Both the position numbers and the translations under genes were made by a program. 12,210 nucleotides of DNA from Prasinococcaceae sp. CCMP 1430 (Eukaryota > Plantae > Prasinodermophyta): contig RQSC01000001.1 of assembly GCA_013416795.1 (NCBI GenBank), positions 1,821 to 14,030 on the forward strand, read 5' to 3'. Of the stretch, positions 8,172 to 12,210 are shown piece by piece. Position 1 is the first letter of the stretch; every line of letters begins with the position of its first letter. The notes beneath the pieces were generated by a model. That model was given only the letters and a program-made list of their open reading frames with translations. It did no database searches and had not been told where the DNA came from.

Positions 8172-8296
8172 CTGTGCGCGTGCGCGACAGCGCGGCGCGC
8201 GAGGCGCGGCGCGTCAGCGTGGGGGCACGGGCGGCAGCCAAGCGCCAAAGCAAGCGCGGCGCGCGGCGCGCAGGCATTCCCTTGTCGCGCACGCAC
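8172..8296 (-). other. Spliceosomal GT-AG intron (125 nt, phase 1) in ABCC with 12-bp inverted repeats at its ends
   Basis: Donor ATCG|GTGCGT (8296-8291), branch GCTGAC (8218-8213), acceptor GCACAG| (8172). Splicing restores the invariant TIAHRL motif. Inverted repeat arms at 8283-8294 and 8178-8189. Confidence 0.93.
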
Positions 8297-11200
8297 CGAT
8301 GGTGAGAACAGTGCAGTCCTTGAAGACCTCGCGGAAGGTCTTCTGCAGGACGGCGTCCGTTTCGACGTCGCAGCTGGCGGTGGCCTCGTCGAGCATCACC
8401 ACCTTTGCGCCCTGAAGAAGGGCACGCGCCGTGCATATGAGCTGCCGCTGCCCGTGGCTCCAGTTCTCCCCATCCTCTGCAACCACGCCGTCCAGACCGC
8501 CGCGGGAGATGACGAGGTCGTCGAGGTGCACGTGCCGCAGGGCCTCCATCATGGCAAAGTCGGTGTGGCTGCCCGTCGGGTCGAGGTTGAAGCGCATGGT
8601 CCCGCCAAAAAGCTGCGCCTCCTGCGGAATGAGCGCGAGCCGCGAGCGAAGGGCGCGCAGCGGCAGCTTGTCGATGTCCTCGCCGTCTATCGCCAGCCCG
8701 CCCTGGTTGACGTCGGCAAGCCGCAGCAGCGCGCTCACGAGCGAGCTCTTTCCCGCCCCCGTGCGTCCGCAGATACCGATCTTCTCACCCGCCTTGATGT
8801 CGAAGCTCACGGCCTTGAGCACACGCGGCAGGCCCTCGCGGTACGCCATCGAATAGCCCGAGGCCGTGATGGCGCCGCGGCTCGGCCACGCGGCCGGCGG
8901 CTGCACGCCGCTGGCGCGCTCGGGACTTAGCTGCTGGTATTCGGCCACGCGCTCCACGCACACCACTTGCGTCTCGAGCTCGGCGCGCTGCCTGACGAGC
9001 CAGTTGAGGCTCTGCGTGATCTGCAAGGCGTAGGAGATGGCCAGGCCAGCGAGCGCGGGCGACACTACGTGGCGCCCAATGACCGACAGCATGATCGCGG
9101 AGAAGATGATTGCGCTGCCCACGTTCTCGAGGCGCACAGCCAGCCACCTATTGCCCGTGAAGCTCATGGCGTACAGGCGCTGCTGCGAGTCGACCTTGGC
9201 CGAGTTGATGCTCAAGAAGCGCCCCTGATCGCCAAACGCGCGAATGGTGCCCACGCCCAGCAGCGTCTCCTGGAAGTGCGAGTAGATCGGCGAGCGGCTC
9301 ACGCTGTCCAGGCGCTTGATCTCGCGCGAGCATGGCACGAAGTAGTTCATCACGCTCACGTAGAACCACGCTATGGGCGGCACGACCATGAGGAACCAGC
9401 CTGACGCCATAGTAATCACCACCACAGTAGACAGCGCCACGAAGAGTTGGTTGACGAACGAGCTGAGCGAGTCGCCGACCTTCTCGTCGATCTGGTACGT
9501 GTCCTGCGAGAAGCGGTTGAGCAGCCGTCCCGACGGTGTGGTGTGGAAGAAGGACATCGGCGCGCGCACCACAGCATCCAGCAAGCGCTCGTGCATGCGG
9601 CTGCCCGCGCGCACGCTGCTGATTGCGACAAGGATGTTGCGAGAGACCAGCAGGAGCAGGTACGACAGGCCGATGACGCCGTACATGGCCAGATAAAACC
9701 CCTGCCCGCGGTGGGCGCGGTCGTCCGACCAGAACGTGAGCCACCAGTTCTGAAGAATCTGTGTGCTGGACGCGGTCGTAAACACGCCGAGCAGGAAGCA
9801 CGCCCACACGGGACCACCCGCGGCGTCGACAAACATGCGGTACGCGCGGCTGCTCACGCTTCCCACGGCGCGCTCCTCGCGCTTGATCAGCGTGCGCCCC
9901 GTGGGGGCGCCGTTGCGGGCCGCTGCTGCGCTCGCCCCCTTCGAGGCCGCAGCAGTCGCGTTCGTGGCAGGCGCAGCCCCGCCCTTCTCGCCCTGGCTGA
10001 CCTTGGCGCCGTCGTCCTCGTCGCCCTCGCCGAGGCTCTTGAGGTCGCTCTCGAAGGTCGCCATCAGCTTATTGAGCTGCGACTGCGATCCCTTGCGAGT
10101 GAGCTCGCCGAACGAGCCCTGCTCGGTGACGCGCCCACCGGCGAGCGCGATGACCGTGTCGCAGGCTTTGACGTATTGCATGCCGTGCGTGACCAGCACG
10201 ACGGTGGCGCCGCGCTTGACGAGCGTGTTCTGAATCGCTTTCTCGAACATGGCGGCGCCCACGTGCGCGTCCACAGCGCTGAGGACGTCGTCAAGAAGGT
10301 ACGTGTCCGCCCGGCGGTACACCGCGCGCGCCATCGATACACGCTGGCGTTGGCCACCGCTCAGGTTGATGCCTTGCTCGCCGATCTCGGTCTCATCCCC
10401 CGCCGGCAGCATGTCGATGTCTGCCTGCAGGCAACACACGTCAACCGCCTCGGCGTACCTCTCCGCGTCGAAGGGCAGGCCGAAGGTGACGTTCTCGCGC
10501 AGCGTGCCGTTGAAGATGAACGCAGTCTGCGGCGCGTACGCCACCGTACCCCAGCGCCTGCAGCGCCCGGCGCTCACGTGAAGCTCGCCCAGGAACGCGC
10601 TGAGGAGCGTGCTCTTGCCGCTGCCAACGCCGCCGACGACCGCGGCCAGCTCCCCGCGCGCCACCGACACCGAGACGTCCGACAGCGCGAAGCCATCGCC
10701 GCCGTCCGAGTCGCTCGATGCGCTCGCGGCGGCGCCGGTCTCGTCCGCTCCCCATCGGAACGTGGCGGGACCCTCGATCGACAGGGCGAGCTTCCGCCCC
10801 GAGCCCGGCGCCGACGCCGGCGCGTTGCCAGCGCTATCGACGCCGACAGCGGCGGGGTCGACCTCGGCTGCCGTGAGGAACGTTTTGATGCGCGCGAGCG
10901 ACACTGTGGCCTCCAGCACGTTGTTGATAGTGTTTGGCAGCATGGCAAGCGGAAAGCGCATCACGTTGAACAGCGAGAGCGCAGTGAAGGCCGTCGCCGC
11001 ATCCAGCTCGTTCCCAAGCAGCACGTACACGCTGAAGGCCGCGAGCGACACAAGCAGCGGCGCGGCGGTGAACACGATGAACACGAAGCTGCGGGTGATC
11101 ATGTAGTTGCGCAGCGTGCGCATCTCGTGCTTGCGCGCCTCGGAGATCCTGCCCACGAAGGGCTTCTCCCAGGCGTTGCACTTCACGAGCTTCATGTTGA

Positions 11201-12209
11201 GCATGGTCTCGTTCGTGCGCTGCACGCGCGCATCCTTGGCCTCCATCACGCGCTTCTGCAGCTTCTTCATGCGCATGGACACCTTGGCGTTCATGGGGCC
11301 CATCACGGCAGCGACGCCGAAGCCCGCCAGCGACGCCACGCCCATCAGCCTCCACAGCAGCACCATCGCGATGGTGATCTGGATGGGGCCGCTCCACAGC
11401 ACGGCCAGATACGTGGTGAGGTCCTGCATGCGCGTCGCATCGGCGCTCATGAGGTTCACGATGGTGCCCACCGGCTGCTGCTGCCTGGCGACCGAGTCCA
11501 GGCGCAGGCTCTTCGAGTACACTGACGATATGGTCACCGAGCGCAGGTTCATGCCGACCATGTACACGCGGTGGAAGTACTGGTGGAGGAGGATGGTCGC
11601 CAGCAGGTTGGCGCACAGCAGGGTACCCGCGAAGTAGTACCCGCGGTACTCGAAGGGCACGAAGCTCGCCCACCAGTTCTTCTCGTCGGCCCCCTGCATG
11701 TACGTGACCACCGCGTGCAGCACGGTCGGCCCCGCGAACTGGAGCACGTCGTACCCGAACTTGAAGGCCGCGGCGGGCACGAAAGGCGCGGAAAAGCCGC
11801 GCACGAAGATCCTCCACAGCTTGGGGTCGCGCCCCGCGTCCACCTCGGCGCGCCAGAGCGACTCGAAGCGCGAGTGCAGGGCCGCGACCGTGTCCTTCTC
11901 CGCCAGCGGCAGCGAGTCGCCCGGCGCGAGCGAGCCCACGCGCGCGGCCTTGCGAAGCACCGGGTCCATGTACAGGAACCACAGGCGGCTCATCAGACCG
12001 GCCGTCTCGAGCGGCGCGCCGTACAGCTCGCCGATGGGGCGCAGATCGTCCGGGTGCACGCCCACCGGCTCGAGCCAAAAGTCGGCCGCGGGCGCATCGG
12101 TCGCGAGGCGCGACACGATGTCCGCGAGGCCCCCCGCGCCGGCCGCGAGCACGCCGCCGCACTCGAGCGCGAGCATCGCCGTGCCGAGCGCGTGGCGCGC
12201 TCCGAAGAG
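8297..12209 (-). CDS. ABCC/MRP-family ABC transporter (MRP1/YCF1-like): probable end of TMD0, L0, TMD1, NBD1, TMD2, NBD2; frame open past the right window edge
   Basis: NBD1: Walker A GGVGSGKST (10608-10634), signature LSGGQRQR (10341-10364), degenerate Walker B YLLDD. NBD2: Walker A GRTGAGKSS (8742-8768), signature WSHGQRQL (8439-8462), Walker B VMLDE. TMD motifs LHQYFH..GM, GTIVNLMS.D, GRLLNRFSQD, SPIYSHFQETL.G..TIRAF, RWLAVRLE, VERV.EY. Upstream of Met 12176 the frame stays open (LFGARHALGTA) to 12209, so the gene is probably 5'-partial. Confidence 0.97.
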
Positions 12210-12210
12210 G

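Noticed and set aside
8214-8296. C-terminal tail GACATRECLRAARR...PPR of the 1320-aa track ORF as the true ABCC end
   Set aside because: It is intron read-through; splicing restores TIAHRL and the canonical C-terminus.
8439-8462. Non-canonical NBD2 signature WSHGQ and NBD1 Walker B LLDD as novel catalytic changes
   Set aside because: This asymmetry (one degenerate, one consensus site) is standard for the ABCC subfamily.
9447-11525. 692-aa plus-strand ORF and other ORFs overlapping the ABCC gene
   Set aside because: Antisense or alternative-frame shadows of a clearly conserved ABCC CDS, with no independent domain signal.
1-12210. CRISPR arrays, rRNA/tRNA genes, transposase or prokaryotic operon signals
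   Set aside because: None seen. Nearly the whole window is accounted for by eukaryotic CDS, two spliceosomal introns and one short intergenic gap.

Overview
Very GC-rich, compact eukaryotic genomic DNA. The THADA motifs look green-lineage and the splice signals (G|GTGCGT donor, CTGAC branch, YAG acceptor) fit a green alga, possibly prasinophyte-like; this assignment is inference. Four coding units, left to right. (1) A stop-free minus-strand frame from 6652 to the left window edge (about 2217 codons) encodes a THADA/Trm732 orthologue; it is absent from the supplied ORF track, probably because it has no stop inside the window. (2) A single N at 6653 is followed by a 77-codon minus-strand fragment of a 2OG-Fe(II) oxygenase (HxD motif) resembling a family common in marine phages and bacteria; deleting the N puts it exactly in frame with THADA. 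(3) A two-exon plus-strand OXNAD1-like FAD/NAD(P) oxidoreductase (6883-7210, 7326-7831) has an ATG overlapping the oxygenase ATG in one CATG. (4) A convergent minus-strand ABCC/MRP (MRP1/YCF1-like) transporter has exons at >12209-8297 and 8171-7984. Both introns carry strong inverted repeats, and the ABCC intron has 12-bp inverted repeats at its two ends, reminiscent of Introner elements. The 6653-6900 junction is the most anomalous part and may be an assembly artefact or an unusual gene arrangement. The many long Ala/Arg/Ser-rich ORFs in the track are off-frame or antisense shadows.
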